A stretch of 64,000 nt of DNA from Macrostomum lignano (taxonomy: Eukaryota). The notes under the pieces are model-generated. The model was not told the DNA's origin, made no database searches, and saw nothing but the letters and a program-made list of their open reading frames with translations. Where the stretch lies: the NCBI GenBank assembly GCA_002269645.1, contig NIVC01000251.1, positions 248,001 to 312,000 of the forward strand, in the 5' to 3' direction. How positions within the stretch are numbered: the first letter of the stretch is position 1; each line of letters begins with the position of its first letter. The translations under genes and the position numbers were made by a program. Below, piece by piece: positions 13,818 through 36,639 of this stretch.

Positions 13818-14769
13818 GACTGCTGCTGTCCCGAAGGCCAAGTCAGAATTTCACTGCTCCATTTGGCAGGCGCGTCTGCTGCATGCGGCAGGACAAGATG
13901 GAAGTCATTAATATTCAGAGCCGGCAACAGGAAGAGATGTCCACTCGGGGATCCGGAGACGAAGAGGATGCGACCTCTGAGCGGCACGGACAAGCATGCC
14001 CAGTTCCTTGCGGTCTCCTCGTCTCCGATTCTGTCTTTCTTTCTCTCTGGCTCGATTCGACGCCAAACTCGATGACCCCAAAAACCGGAGGCCGGAATTA
14101 AATTTTTAAATTCGAATATACAGAAACGAATTTGAGCGAGCGAAGCAACACGACGGCTGCGTTGGCGTCTGAAATGTCGGGTTGGTTGATACTCCTCTCG
14201 GATGCTCTTCCTGCTGTTTTCCTTGTGCCGGTCTTCTTTCTTGATTATTTTCTGCACCAAAGCCTGCAGAAGCGATGATGCTGCATCTCTTCTTAGGCCG
14301 GGGCCAATCATAGCTCACCTACGAAGTCCGCCCCCTGTCACAGTGCAGCGCTATGTCCCACAAAACTACCCAGTGAATGTCAAGAGCGAGAATTTGACGT
14401 GTTGAAATTATTTATCAATATCAGTTCCCCTCCTCTTTAGAATTAAAGCTGGACGAATCTAATATATCTAAAGTAGCAACCCCCCCTCCACCGGCCCTGT
14501 CTGTCTGTGGGTATGTAACAGGTTATCTTATTTGTGCTAAATAAAGAGCGCAGAGGCTTGGAAACGGCAACACAAACCAAGGCTCCCGCGTACTGCCCGC
14601 ATTTATTTACACGGGCAACGAAATTTGCAGAGCCTCCTGGCTCATAATAAGATTATTAATCATTTTAATCGATGCGCTTATTTGATCCACATTACTGATG
14701 TTCATTGTCGTTAATTTTATGCACATTTCTATTCATTTAGATTGTACTTACAAATACATATTTTATTTG

Positions 14770-15280
14770 TTCACTCTCTTTCATCTCCCCTCTCTGTCCT
14801 CTCTCTTCCTCTCTCTCCCCTCTCTTTCCTCTTCTCTCTCCCCTCTCTTTCCTTCTCTCTAACCCTGTCTCTCCCCCTCTCTCCGTCTATCTCTCCCTCT
14901 CTCCCCCGTCTCTCACCCCCTCTCGCCCTCTCTCCGTCTCTCTCCCCCTCTCGCCCTCTCTCCGTCTGTCTCCCCCTCTCGCCCTCTCTCCGTCTGTCTC
15001 CCCCTCTCGCCCTCTCTCCGTCTGTCTCCCCCCTCTCTCCCCCTCTCTCTCCCCTCCTCTCCCCTCTCTCTCCCCTCTCTCTCCCCTCTCTCTCCCCCCT
15101 CCCCCCTCTCTCTCCCCCTCTCTCTCCCCTCTCTCTCCCCCTCTCTCTCCCCCTCTCTCTCCCCCTCTCCCCCCTCTCTCTCACCCCCTCTCCCCCTCTC
15201 TCCGTCTATCTCTCCCTCTCTCCCCCTCTCTCCCCCCGTCTCTCTTCCCCCGTCTCTTCTCTCTCTCCTTTTTTTCTCTC
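14770..15280. repeat. CT-rich low-complexity tract
   Basis: ctctctcccc-type repeats. Confidence 0.92.
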
Positions 15281-16050
15281 TCAATGCTTGTCCAAGTTTT
15301 TGTCTAAGTCAGATTGATGAATTGATGATGGTGCTGGCAAAATAAAATGGCGCCCCCTCAACTGAAATGGTGTCCCCTGAAATAAAATGGGGCCAATTTT
15401 TTAAACCAAAACCGCATTGGGTTCTCATTAAAGAGTTCCCTTATTAAACATAAGCCGTTTGGCGGTCCTTGAACTCTGCAAGATCTCTGGAACACAGCTC
15501 GCCCCACCGAGCACCGTATATAAGCACGCGCCATAGGAGTTTGAGCTGGTTCTCGCTGTCATCGTAATAAAGCAAATTCCCCAGAGTATTTGACCGCGCG
15601 GCCAAAAACTGCGACTGTCTCATCTTTCATCCTCCGCACGCGGCACGGCAACTCGGACTGTCCGGACTGTCCGGAGTGTCCGACCCACCAGAGTTGCCGC
15701 CTAATTAGATGCCAAATGTTTTACTTAGCAGATATGCAGTTATATTATACTAACAGTATTATATAGCGCCTAGCCCGCCGCGGAATTCCAAATTAGCGGG
15801 GCCAGTTGTAAGCTGTGTGACTGTTGGCCCTGCGAGTATGACCGAGGTGCATCTACCATTGCAACGGGGTTAATAAAGTACATCTGTGTGTGCGAGGGTT
15901 TGGAGGAATTATTTAAAGCTATAGATCGTATAAAAAGAAAATTAGGCCAATAAAACTTTATAAAATCGATATTTTTTATTTGAAGTCAGTTTAGTTTTGT
16001 TAAGATACCTCCAGAAATACATGTAGCAGGTCTGGTTGTGATAAACTATA

Positions 16051-16420
16051 AGAGACAGGGGCGCCCACCAATAGACAGGGGCGCTCACCAGGAGACAGGG
16101 GCGCCCACCAAGAGACAGGGGCGCTCACCAAGAAACAGGGGCGCTCACCAAGAGACAGGGGCGCCCACCAAGAGACAGGGGCGCTCACCAAGAGACAGGG
16201 GCGCCCGCCAAGAAACAGGGGCGCTCACTAAGAAACAGGGGCGCCCGCCAAGAGACAGGGGCGCCCCCCCACCAAGAGACAGGTGCGCCCCCCCCACCAA
16301 GAGACAGGGGCGCCCCCCACCAAGAGACAGGGGCGCCCCCCACCAAGAGTCAGGGGCGCCCCCCCCCACCAAGAGACAGGGGCGCCCCCCCCAAGAAACA
16401 GGGGCGCCCGCCAAGAGACA
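16051..16420 (+). repeat. 20-bp GGCGCC-core minisatellite (AGAGACAGGGGCGCCCACCA)
   Basis: Direct periodicity; same family as 37510-38165 in the opposite orientation. Confidence 0.93.
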
Positions 16421-16527
16421 GAGGGCTATACTAACGCGGCGCTCTGATGTTACTGTTTGTCAAGTTTGTCAAGTTACTGTTTGTCAAGAGGTACTGTTTA
16501 GACCGAAACAGAAATTTGGGTCTAAAA

Positions 16528-16737
16528 TGGAATCTCGGATTGGCTCTGCTCGTGAAATTAACGCCCAACTTGAGGGCCAAACCCCCAAGGCACAGTGAAG
16601 TGTACATGCCTAACGATAAGTAAAGTCAGAGCCGCTGTACACTCCTGTGTGAGTGTGTGCCTGTGCGTATGACTGCTCAGGGGCAGTCGGTGGAATGGGC
16701 AGTAATGCCTCTCGCCGGTTGTGCGACAATGTCACTT
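16528..16737. mobile_element. About 210-bp dispersed repeat, copy A (unclassified SINE/MITE-like)
   Basis: Roughly 90% identical by eye to 30946-31152, with unrelated flanks. Confidence 0.7.
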
Positions 16738-17777
16738 GAAGTGCGACTGCCTCAAATAAAAACCCAAAGCACACAGTCATGACTGATGCCTTTTCAGAGG
16801 CGTACAAAAAAGGATAATTAGCTCGCTTGATCCCCTTTAGTCGTTTAAGTCTTTATACCGTTTTATCCACTATGCATATCATATCTATGCAAACGCGGCT
16901 AATTAGACTGATTGACTGCTTCTCATTTTCATTTTTTGCTTTGCCCCCATGACCCATAACGAATTCTGGAGCTTTGGCGAGGTCTGAGCTGAGTAGAGAA
17001 GAGATTGATAGCCTTGAGCTGAGTAGATGAATGATAAATCGTCAATCTTTGACAAATGATGGATCGAATTGAAGAACTTTCATGTAATATTCCTTTTTAT
17101 TGCTCGGTGAAGAAATCACACGACAGCTTCCTTGGTCAACACTACTCTCCGCTCAAACGGAATCGAACCAAGGACCATGGCGCTAGAGTCAGAACAGTTG
17201 TCCTAGTAAACTAATGACCCAAAATGCACGCATCCATAAAAACATCGCGAACTCATTTGACCTTCACCAAACTTTTCACAGAGCCTTCAAAAACTGCTAA
17301 TTGATGGGAGGTCCCGGAAAAAATCAATGGCTTTAAGAAACAATTAGGAAAGAAATTTCCAAAAAGACGCGCAGTTTTTTCTCTGCAAATTGACAAATGT
17401 TCTTGCTAATTTACCATTTCTGTCACTTTGCTTTTCATTCACTACTGTCAATCAGTAGCATGATCGTGTTTTTTTGCAATTTCTGCAGATGACTTATTTT
17501 CTTGTCAATAAAAAAATAAATGATCAAAATGGACAAGATGCTTTAGTCGCTGAATATTTTTGGAAGCATACAATTTTCCAAGCAAGGCATGCTGTTTAAA
17601 TCATTATATTGTATTTTAAACTACGAGTCAGTTACACAATTTAGAATTATTACTTATGTTAATTACAAGACGCACATACTTTCTACTAATATGCACAATC
17701 TACTTTACTGACCTACAATATCGCGAATATCCATCATCCATGCTGACATTAACGAGCGTACTTATAAAGATAGTCAG

Positions 17778-18415
17778 CCAATCAGAGCGATCGGCTATAC
17801 AGTCCCCTGAGAATCCAAACTCTATCCCCTATGAATCTCCCAGCCAATCAGCGATCGGCTACACAGTCCCCCTGAGAATCCAAACTGTATCCCCTATGAA
17901 TCTTCTATCCAATCAGCAATCAGCTACGCAGTCCCCCTGAGAATCCAAACTCTATCCCTATAAATCTTCCAGCTAATCAGCAATCAGCTACACAGTCCCC
18001 CTGAGAATCCAAACTCTACCCCTATAAATCTTCCAGCCAATCAGCGATCGGCTACACAGTCCCCCTGAGAATCCAAACTGTATCCCCTATGAATCTCCCA
18101 GCCAATCAGAGATCGGCTACACAGTCCCCCTGAGAATCCAAACTCCATCCCTATGAATCTTCCAGCCAATCAGAGATCGGCTACACAGTCCCCCTGAGAA
18201 TCCAAACTCCATCCCTATGAATCTTCCAGCCAATCAGAGATCGGCTACACAGTCCCCCTGAGAATCCAAAATCTACCCCCTAAAAATCTTCCAGCCAATC
18301 AGCGATCGGCTGAGTCGGAGCCAAACAAAACTCTACCCCCGGAAAGGTTCCAGCCAATCAGCAAAGAGCTAGGCATTCCCTCTGTTCTTCCAAAAGCGCC
18401 CAGCCAATCAGCATA
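17778..18415. repeat. 64-65-bp tandem repeat, 11 units each carrying a CCAATCAG motif (one CTAAT variant), abutting the COQ5 stop codon
   Basis: CCAAT at about 17778, 17844, 17909, 18037, 18102, 18166, 18230, 18295, 18354, 18404. Confidence 0.92.
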
Positions 18416-18417
18416 GA

Positions 18418-18994
18418 TCACTTGACACTCGGCAGCTTATACCCGGAGTGAATGCAACACACTCCAGGCCAGAGAACTTCATAATTAACAGCAGAAAATC
18501 CAGCCTCTCGCATCATATTAGCAAACAATGTCTGATGAGGGAATCTACGAATACTTTCAACTAGGTATTCGTAGGAGTCCCAGTCTCCGGCTACGAGCAG
18601 GCCCATCGGAGGAATCACTCGGAAGCTGTACTCGTCATACAAGATCGACAATAGAGGATTTTCAACCGAGCAGAACTCCAAGCAGGCAAACCGGCCGTAG
18701 GGCTTCAAAACTCGATGAGCCTCTCGCAGTACGCCAGGCAGATCTGTGCAGTTCCGCATTCCGAAAGCGATGGTGTACAAATCGCTAGAGGCCTCGTCCA
18801 ATGGCAGAGACTCAGCCCGGCCTTCCAGCCATTGGATTGAGCTGGCGAATGTTGAGCCTTTAGCCGAAGCTTTCGCACTGCCAACCTGCATCATGGATGG
18901 GCTGGGGTCCACGACGCTCACTGTGCAACCGGCAGGAGCTTCCGCTTCGGCAGCGGCTGTTTGACGTTCTGCGGCCTCTCGGAATGAGTCCACA
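18418..18994 (-). CDS. COQ5: Ubiquinone biosynthesis C-methyltransferase COQ5, exon 2
   Basis: Acceptor cctatccccttgtctccacgcag|18994 (phase 2). Motifs DLYTIAFGMRN, EAHRVLKPYGRFACLEF, YDEYSFRVIP, SYEYLVESIRRFP; TGA at 18420-18418. Confidence 0.95.
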
Positions 18995-19059
18995 CTGCGT
19001 GGAGACAAGGGGATAGGCTCTGGCTGAGGGAGCGCGATAGCTGATCTCATATGCCTTGC

Positions 19060-19490
19060 AACTGAGGATCTGGGAGGCTGGTTGCCTACAGCAACAGAAG
19101 ATCTGGGAGGCTGGTTGCATAGCAATTGAGGATCTGGGAGTCTGGTTGCCTAGCAACTGAGGATCTGGGAGGCTGGTTGCCTACAGCAACAGAGGATCTG
19201 GGTGGCTGCATGGTTGCCTAGCAACAGAGGATCTGGGAGGCTGGTTGCCTATAGCAACGGAGGATCTGGGAGGCTGGTTGCCTAGCAACTGAGAATCTGG
19301 GTGGCTGCATGATTGCCTAGCAACTGAGGATCTGAAGGCTGGTTGCCTAGCAACTGAAGATCTGGGAGGCTGGTTGCCTAGCAACTGTACTTCTGGGAGG
19401 CTGGTTGCCTACAGCAACAGAGGATCTGGGAGGCTGGTTGCCTATAGCAACGGAGGATCTGGGAGGCTAGTTGCCTAGCAACTGAGGAAC
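19060..19490. repeat. 31-34-bp minisatellite filling the COQ5 intron (GCCTAGCAACTGAGGATCTGGGAGGCTGGTT)
   Basis: Direct periodicity within intron 18995-19496. Confidence 0.93.
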
Positions 19491-19496
19491 TCTCAC

Positions 19497-19891
19497 CTGC
19501 CGTCCCCGGGCGCTACCCTGACAGGAGGTGGCGCCCTTCCAGGAAGCCTTCGACTCCACTCCAGCAGTCCCAGCGCAATGTCACCGGTGCCTCCGGCCAC
19601 GTCGACAACTCGCCAACCTGGCCGAGGATTAGCCGAAGCAACGAACCGCCTCTTCCAGCACCGGTGCAGGCCGGCACTCATCAAGTCGTTCATCAGATCG
19701 TAACTGTTCGACACTCGGTTGAACACCTGGTTGACTCGGTCCTGCTTCTGGCCCGGTTCAACTTCTTCGAAACCGAACGAAGTGTCGAAGCCGCCTGGCT
19801 GATGGACTTGACGGCGGGTGACACCAAAGCAGCTGCTGCTGCTGGTTGCCGGGCTGCGGCTGATGCAGCGGAGAAGCTGACGGCATTGCAT
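19497..19891 (-). CDS. COQ5: COQ5 exon 1 (mitochondrial presequence-like N-terminus and SAM-binding motif I)
   Basis: ATG at 19891; [45 protein letters not shown]; donor 19497|gtgaga. Spliced CDS is 395+577 = 972 nt (323 aa). Confidence 0.95.
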
Positions 19892-20014
19892 TTTAGGGAT
19901 GAACAGAAGTTGAAAGTGAAAAGTACTTTAAATTAGTCAATTAAAGTAAGAAACAACAATTCAAAATATTTAGCTAAAATCTCTTGTTAATGGTTAAGAA
20001 AAAACAGGCAAGCT

Positions 20015-30300
<10,286 letters not shown>

Positions 30301-30945
30301 GGCACTGAGAGTCAATAGCAGCTGTGGCCTCAGCAAATTCACTATGAAATCAGTCCTCAAACATTAAAAAGCAAGCAACACATTCAGCAGGATGCTCAGA
30401 CAGCACTCGCACAGTCAGTTATATTTCGCTGTCCAAAAACTGACGCTCAAGCACTCAAAAGCTACAAATGCAATTTCGAGTGGATGAGAAAAGCTATTTA
30501 GCATGAAAGCATAATAAAATCTAAATAGGAAAATAGCCTATTTAAAATGTCTCTTTTGAGAATTGGAGTTCACTGGAGACAAACACAGTAAAAAATAAGT
30601 TAAAATCGAAGAGATGATTAACACAAAACCCTACGAATCACCAATGTTTTATTTCACACTTGTTATTTTTACATTGCAGTGGTTGAAATTTTAGCATTTC
30701 AACACAGAGAGGCAGCCTCTGATGAAAATTTGTACTATTTTGAGAGTCTGGAATACCACAGGAAAAGCAAGAAAAACATGTTTAGATATAAAAAATATTG
30801 AACGAACCTTAACCAATGAAATTACTTAAATTACTTAGTAGTTTTGCAAATTTTTTGTTATAATTAATGTCAAAAATATGTCAAAAATGTTGGTAATCAT
30901 TTCGAAGTGAAAAGCCATTAAATATGATTCTTAGAAATACGAAAT

Positions 30946-31152
30946 TGGAATCTCGGCTTGGCTCTGCTCGTGCAATTAACGGCCTTGAGAGCCAAACCCC
31001 CAAGGCGCAGTGAAGTGTACATGCCTAACGATAAATAAAGTTAGGGCCGCTGTACACTCCTGTGTGAGTGTGTGCCTGTGCGTATGACTGCTCAGGGGGA
31101 GTCGGCGGAATGGGCAGTAATGCCTCTCGCCGGTTGTGCGACAATGTCGCTT
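30946..31152. mobile_element. About 210-bp dispersed repeat, copy B
   Basis: Homologous to 16528-16737, same orientation. Confidence 0.7.
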
Positions 31153-31624
31153 ATTAAAGTGCTTCAGGATGTACACAGGCCCTGCCTCTAATAAAAAGAG
31201 TCAATTATTAGTCATAATCAACACAAATGACCAAAATGGCTTGTGTCTCTTCTCAGCTATCGTTTCTTTCTTCTCTCCTCCCTCACCTCTCCTTCCTCCT
31301 CTCTCCTCCCTCCCTCTCCTCTCGTCCCTCCCCTTTCCTATCCTCTTTCCCCTCCTCTCCTCTCCTCTCTCTCTCTCTCTCCTCTCATCTCCTCTCCTCT
31401 CTCTCTCTGGCCTCTCTCTGACCCGCAGTCTATAGGCTAGATTTCACATCTGGCCCTTACATTAAAAAAGTTTGCCAACCCACACACTAGGCATAAAAAT
31501 ATCAAGCAAATCCGTCCATTTTTTAAACGATTGAATGAACAGCAATTACTGAGAAGAGCAGGAGAACAAAATCATTATCAGCATCACAAGAGTAGTTTTT
31601 GTGTTTTTTTTCTTTTTCAAATTT

Positions 31625-32689
31625 TTATTTTTCCAATTCATCGCGACCTCTCGCTTGCCAAGCGTGAATGGCCGCACCAACCGCCTGTTGCAGAGTCTGC
31701 TTCACCAGCTGCTGCTCCTGCTCAGTAGCTGTGGGATTTTTCAATTCAACAGCGAATCCGCTCCATTTCAACGGGTAATCGTCCGGTGTAGCGGACTTCA
31801 GGGCCTCGAGCTGTCGCTGGGAAACTGGCAGAGAGGCCGAGTAGGCGCAAGTCTCCTCGTCAGCGTCATTAGCTGCATCATCACCGGCCTTAGCGACCGG
31901 CGTCGGTTCAACAAGACAGACGCAGTAGACCTGACAGAAATGGTCGGGAGTTGGTTCGACCACTCCGCGGCAAATCGACACCGACATGGGAAGCTTGCAA
32001 GCTGAGGAATCCTCCAACTCGAACTCGCTAGCAGCCGCCGTGGCTCGAACTCTTTCAACCAAGGCTCGCAGACGCTGCTGACAAGCCAACCTGAGCGAAC
32101 TAAACCCTAGCGGAGTTGGCGCCAGACCAGTCGGCGCGTCAGTCACGGCGCCAACAACAGCCCGACCAAAACTGCGCTGGATTGCTAGCCTAGCGGCCGC
32201 TTCGTCTGTTTTATTATCAACAGCCAGAGCGACTCGACAGTCGCCGCCGGTCAGCAGCAGAGCCTGCATACCCGCCGGGTCCAGGCTGCCGATCACAGAC
32301 TCCATGCCGCCTCTGGTCTTCTCCATCGCTTTGGAGACGAAAGCGCTGGTTGATGCAGACAGCCAGCTGCCCCAGCCACTGCTCTGCTGTTGCTGCTGCT
32401 GTTGCTGCTGTTGCTGCTGAGAACTTGAAGAAGAAGAAGCTACAGAAGCAACAGCCGGAGGAGAAACAGACGCTGTTGCTTTCGGAGTTTCTGGTTGCAT
32501 TGGCTTCTGCTGCTGTTGCTTTTGCTGTTGCTGCTGCTGCTGCTGCACAAGAGTGACAGTGGGAGGAGGCGGCAGCTCGGGGCCCAGCAGAGTGGCAAAT
32601 CCTGTAGTAGTGGAAGCAGCAGTCTGACCGCCGGCTTGAGCTTCCTCACTGCTCACTATGACCAAATCTTCCGGTGTCTCTTCTAGCAT
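31625..32689 (-). CDS. PRRC1: PRRC1 (proline-rich coiled-coil 1; non-canonical purine NTPase-like domain), intronless, 354 aa
   Basis: GWGSWL..FVSKAMEKTRGGMESVIGSLDPAG, FGRAVV, LAPTPLGF and ATPDDYPLKWSGF match PRRC1 motifs (LDKTKHSVESMITTLDPG, FGLAVV, IAPQPVGY, TPQDYNLRWSG). PolyQ N-terminal region. Confidence 0.88.
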   Translation of the reverse strand: MLEETPEDLVIVSSEEAQAGGQTAASTTTGFATLLGPELPPPPTVTLVQQQQQQQQKQQQQKPMQPETPKATASVSPPAVASVASSSSSSQQQQQQQQQQQQSSGWGSWLSASTSAFVSKAMEKTRGGMESVIGSLDPAGMQALLLTGGDCRVALAVDNKTDEAAARLAIQRSFGRAVVGAVTDAPTGLAPTPLGFSSLRLACQQRLRALVERVRATAAASEFELEDSSACKLPMSVSICRGVVEPTPDHFCQVYCVCLVEPTPVAKAGDDAANDADEETCAYSASLPVSQRQLEALKSATPDDYPLKWSGFAVELKNPTATEQEQQLVKQTLQQAVGAAIHAWQARGRDELEK

Positions 32690-32859
32690 GCTTCTTGCTT
32701 GTGCGGTTCGGTTATGAATATGCGATGGATTTTTGTTTTGTGTTATGTTGTTTCCTGTTGTCTCTGAAATTATTGGTTGATGTAGGAAGCTGTAGTAAAT
32801 ATAATTCCTGCATTCCTTTACGAGACCTAAAATTCACAAAATCTAAATTTCACAAGACC

Positions 32860-33340
32860 TAAACCTAATCACAAGACCTACAACTTCATCACAAGACCTA
32901 AACTTCTTAACAAGATCTAAACTTCATCAGAAAGAGCTCAACTTCATTACAAGACCTAAACTTCATTCACAAGACCTAAAATTCATCACAAGACCTAAAA
33001 TTCATTCACAAGACCTAAACTTTCTAGCAAGACCTAAGCTTCATTCACAAGACCTAAAATTCACTCACAAGACCTAAAATTTATCGCAAGAACTAAACTT
33101 CATTCACAAGACCTAAAATTCATCACGAGATCTTAACTTCATCACAAGACGTAAAATTCATCACAAGACCTAAAATTCATTCACAAGACTTTAACTTTCT
33201 AGCAAGAACTAAACTTCATTCACAAGACCTAAAATTCATCACAAGATCTAAACTTCATCACAAGACGTAAACTTTATCAGAAAGAGCTCAACTTCATTAC
33301 AAGACCTAAACTTCACTACAAGACCTAAACTTTATCACAG
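32860..33340. repeat. 20-21-bp minisatellite (CACAAGACCTAAACTTCAT)
   Basis: Direct periodicity. Confidence 0.92.
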
Positions 33341-33904
33341 GATCCAATTTTTTGGGAAATTTAGATCCTGCGTTGAAGATTTGAGGGTGTGAGCTTGCGA
33401 AGCTTATGCGTGACAAGGGTAGGTTTTAAGAACCGTCCCTAAAATGACGTCATTGATTATGACTTTGACTAACTAACACCAGGTGTTCAGTCCCAATACC
33501 CCCCCCCCCTATCAACTTCTATTTATCAATATCTCGAGTTGACAAGCTGGAACATTCATGGATTTCAAACATACTAAGAATTGGATTTTAGAAACTAACA
33601 CAATAATTCTCGTTAGCAGAGATCTAGCCAACGCGTCATTAGTCTTATAAGTGAAACAAGCCACTTTCTAATGCTCCAAATCTCCAGCTAATTAGAGACT
33701 TAGATGGTTAAAAGGAAAGAATGTTTAGCGACAGCTGGTATCGCTGATGGAATTGAGTGGCTGGCAAGGAGGTCTTAAAGCATAGAAATTGGAGTGCGGC
33801 AAAATTTATTCTCAAAACCTGGTTATCGTGACACCATAGGGAACTTAAAACACTCCAAACTGACAATTAAAAAGGTGCTGTTTAGAAAGGCTCATTATAG
33901 GGGG

Positions 33905-34370
33905 AGGGGGGTTGCTGAGATGTCAAAAAAACCTCATGGGAGAATTTCTGAGATATCAAGGCTCATGGGGGTATTGCTGTGATGTCAAGGCTCATGGGGG
34001 ACTTTCTGAGATGTCAAGGCTCATGAAGGGAATTGCTGAGATGTCAAGGCACATGAGGGGAATTGCTGAGATGTCAAGGCTCATGAAAGGAATTGCTGAG
34101 ATATCAAGGCTCATGGGGATATTGCTGAGATGTCAAGGCTCATGAAGGGAATTGCTGAGATGTCAAGGCTCATGAAGGGAATTGCTGAGATGTCAAGGCT
34201 CATGGGGTAATTGCTGAGATGTCAGGCTCATGGGGTATTGCTGAGGCGTCAAGGCTCATGGGGAATTGCTGAGATGTCAAGGCCCATGGGGGAATTGCTG
34301 AGATAACAAGGCTCATGGGGAATTGCTGAGGCGTCAAGGCTCATGAGGTAATTGCTGAAATGCTGTGGCT
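33905..34370. repeat. 29-30-bp minisatellite (GGCTCATGAAGGGAATTGCTGAGATGTCAA)
   Basis: 30-bp period at 34141 and 34171. Confidence 0.92.
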
Positions 34371-35016
34371 CATTGGGGTAGCTCAGATTCCACAGGGTAA
34401 ACTGAAATTTGTTGGTAGGCCAAGCATCAGACTAGATTGCTAGGTCAGGGACTAAAGTCGAACAAGGGCTGTTACCGCCAGCTTCGGGTTTCGAGTCTCC
34501 ATGGCAGCTCGTAAAAAATCGCGACCAGGGGTGACTTCAAACAAGGAAATGATAATTGCGCGGCAACAGATACACCCCAGCCTCACCACTGGGCCTCCAC
34601 CAAACCCTTATAGCCGATAAGGAGGTGATGAAGCGAATCCCACACTAGAATTGAAAGGTAAAACGAAGCCCTATTCTTAGCTAAGCAATATATAATATTG
34701 GCTAACAGAAGCCCTATACGGTGAATAATTGTTAGCAGCTGACAATTTTACGGCCGGGCCTGGGGGTGCTGACTCGGTTAAAAAAGGTGGGACAGCTGCA
34801 GATGCAGATGGAGGTTAGAGGCATTAGTCAGTGCTAACTGCTCCTAGAAACTAGGAAACTGCGACTATTTTAGCTATACGATTATTATATTACTTTTGTT
34901 ACTACAAGTGTATATATGCATTAATAAAAAACGAAACGGTTTATTATAGAGATTTTGTAAAACAGGTATATTGCAACGAGTTTCAACAAGTGTTTAGCCT
35001 ATTCGATTTGACCTTA

Positions 35017-35570
35017 AACCCAGCACCAGGGGCGCCAGCACCAGGGGCGCCAGCACCAGGGGCGCCAGCACCAGGGGCGCCAGCACCAGGGGCGCCAGCA
35101 CCAGGGGTGCCAGCACCAGGGGCGCCAGCACCAGGGGCGCCAGCACCAGGGGCGCCAGCACCAGGGGCGCCAGCACCAGGGGCGCCAGCACCAGGGGGCG
35201 CCAGCACCAGGGGGCGCCAGCACCAGGGGGCGCCAGCACCAGGGGGCGCCAGCACCAGGGGGCGCCAGCACCAGGGGCGCCAGCACCAGGGGGCGCCAGC
35301 ACCAGGGGGCGCCAGCACCAGGGGGCGCCAGCACCAGGGGCGCCAGCACCAGGGGGCGCCAGCACCAGGGGGCGCCAGCACCAGGGGGCGCCAGCACCAG
35401 GGGGCGCCAGCACCAGGGGGCGCCAGCACCAGGAGGCGCCAGCACCAGGGGGCGCCAGAGCTACTGCAAAGGGGCGCCAAAGCTACAGCAAGAAGGTGGC
35501 GCCAAAGCTAATGCAAGAGGGCGCCGAAGCTACAGCAAGGTGGCGCCAAAGCTACTGCAAGAGGGCGCCA
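35017..35570. repeat. 15/16-bp GGCGCC-core minisatellite (CCAGGGG(G)CGCCAGCA)
   Basis: Direct periodicity. Confidence 0.95.
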
Positions 35571-36639
35571 AATGGTTTTGCCAGTCAATCGAGGGGCTGG
35601 TGTACGCGACCCTCTCCCCCTCCCCGCTGACTACAATCCCTCCTGATGAACGACACCCGAACCGGTGCCAAGATAGCGAACAGAAAGTGGTCTAAAAAAC
35701 ACTCCAGTAGGAATTGAAAACCATGCCCTCAGCAACGAAACTGATAATTACCCGGTATTCTCCCGTTCTGACGGCAAGCCCGACACAATAATAATTTATG
35801 ACCCAGAGCTAAGGTGAAAGAAAATGTTTAGCTAGCCAATTAGTGGACCCCATATATAGGGCCAACCAAAGCCCAGGCAGAAACAGTAGATAAGCATCAG
35901 GAGACAAAAGGCACTACTAAAAAGTTTGCTAACTTTTGGCGGCAAGTTCTACGGATGAAGAGGATCGACGCACTCGGAATTTTTTTACCGAGGCCCGGAA
36001 AGCCTACAGATTCGGGTTAGAGATTAAACACATTTCTTAGAACCTACCAATCAGCGATGTGGACAAACTAAACACAGGACACTTGCGTGTCTCGTTTGTA
36101 GCAGCAACACAAAAGCAGCATTTCCTGAGAAGCAAAAATGAAATTAAAACACGAATTCCTTTGGGCAATCCAACTCATTCAATTACGATAATTAGATGGA
36201 TGGATGGAGATCAGAGGATAGCAGAATTGGAGAGACATCAGCATTCGCTTACCAATGATAACTTGTCAGTTTAGCAGAGATACTGCAAAGGATATAAAGA
36301 TGAGAGAGTCAAGTTGAGTGTATAGGAAAAGATACAAACGGGAGAGCCCTTCTAAACATGAAACAGTAACAGACAAACAAACCAAGATACAGATAGGGAG
36401 ACAGACAGGTGAAACAAAGAAAAATCATTATTCACACGGGGGCCGCGGGGGGGCACCCTTCGGCGCCATTGTCCCACAAACAGAGCCGACGGCAATCATA
36501 GGCGTAGAAACGGGGGGGGGCAGTGGGGCCATGCCCCCCCCCACTTTTTAAATGCAAAATGTAGACTTTTTGCTTATTTTTTTAGTCTTATTTTTGGTTG
36601 TTGCTGCTTTGCGTAAATGCATTTTGCTGCAAAACATAG

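Noticed and set aside
15420-15900. TATATAA followed by AATAAA, suggestive of a solo LTR
   Set aside because: No second LTR, TG..CA boundaries, PBS/PPT or TSD identifiable.
35641-35690. CTGATGA hammerhead-like core (also near 30719 and 43405)
   Set aside because: No correctly spaced stem II followed by GAAA, and no stems I or III.
35950-36274. Short ORF faintly resembling a LINE ORF1 segment (HLRVSFV..KQHFLRSK)
   Set aside because: Too short and degenerate to support without a profile search.
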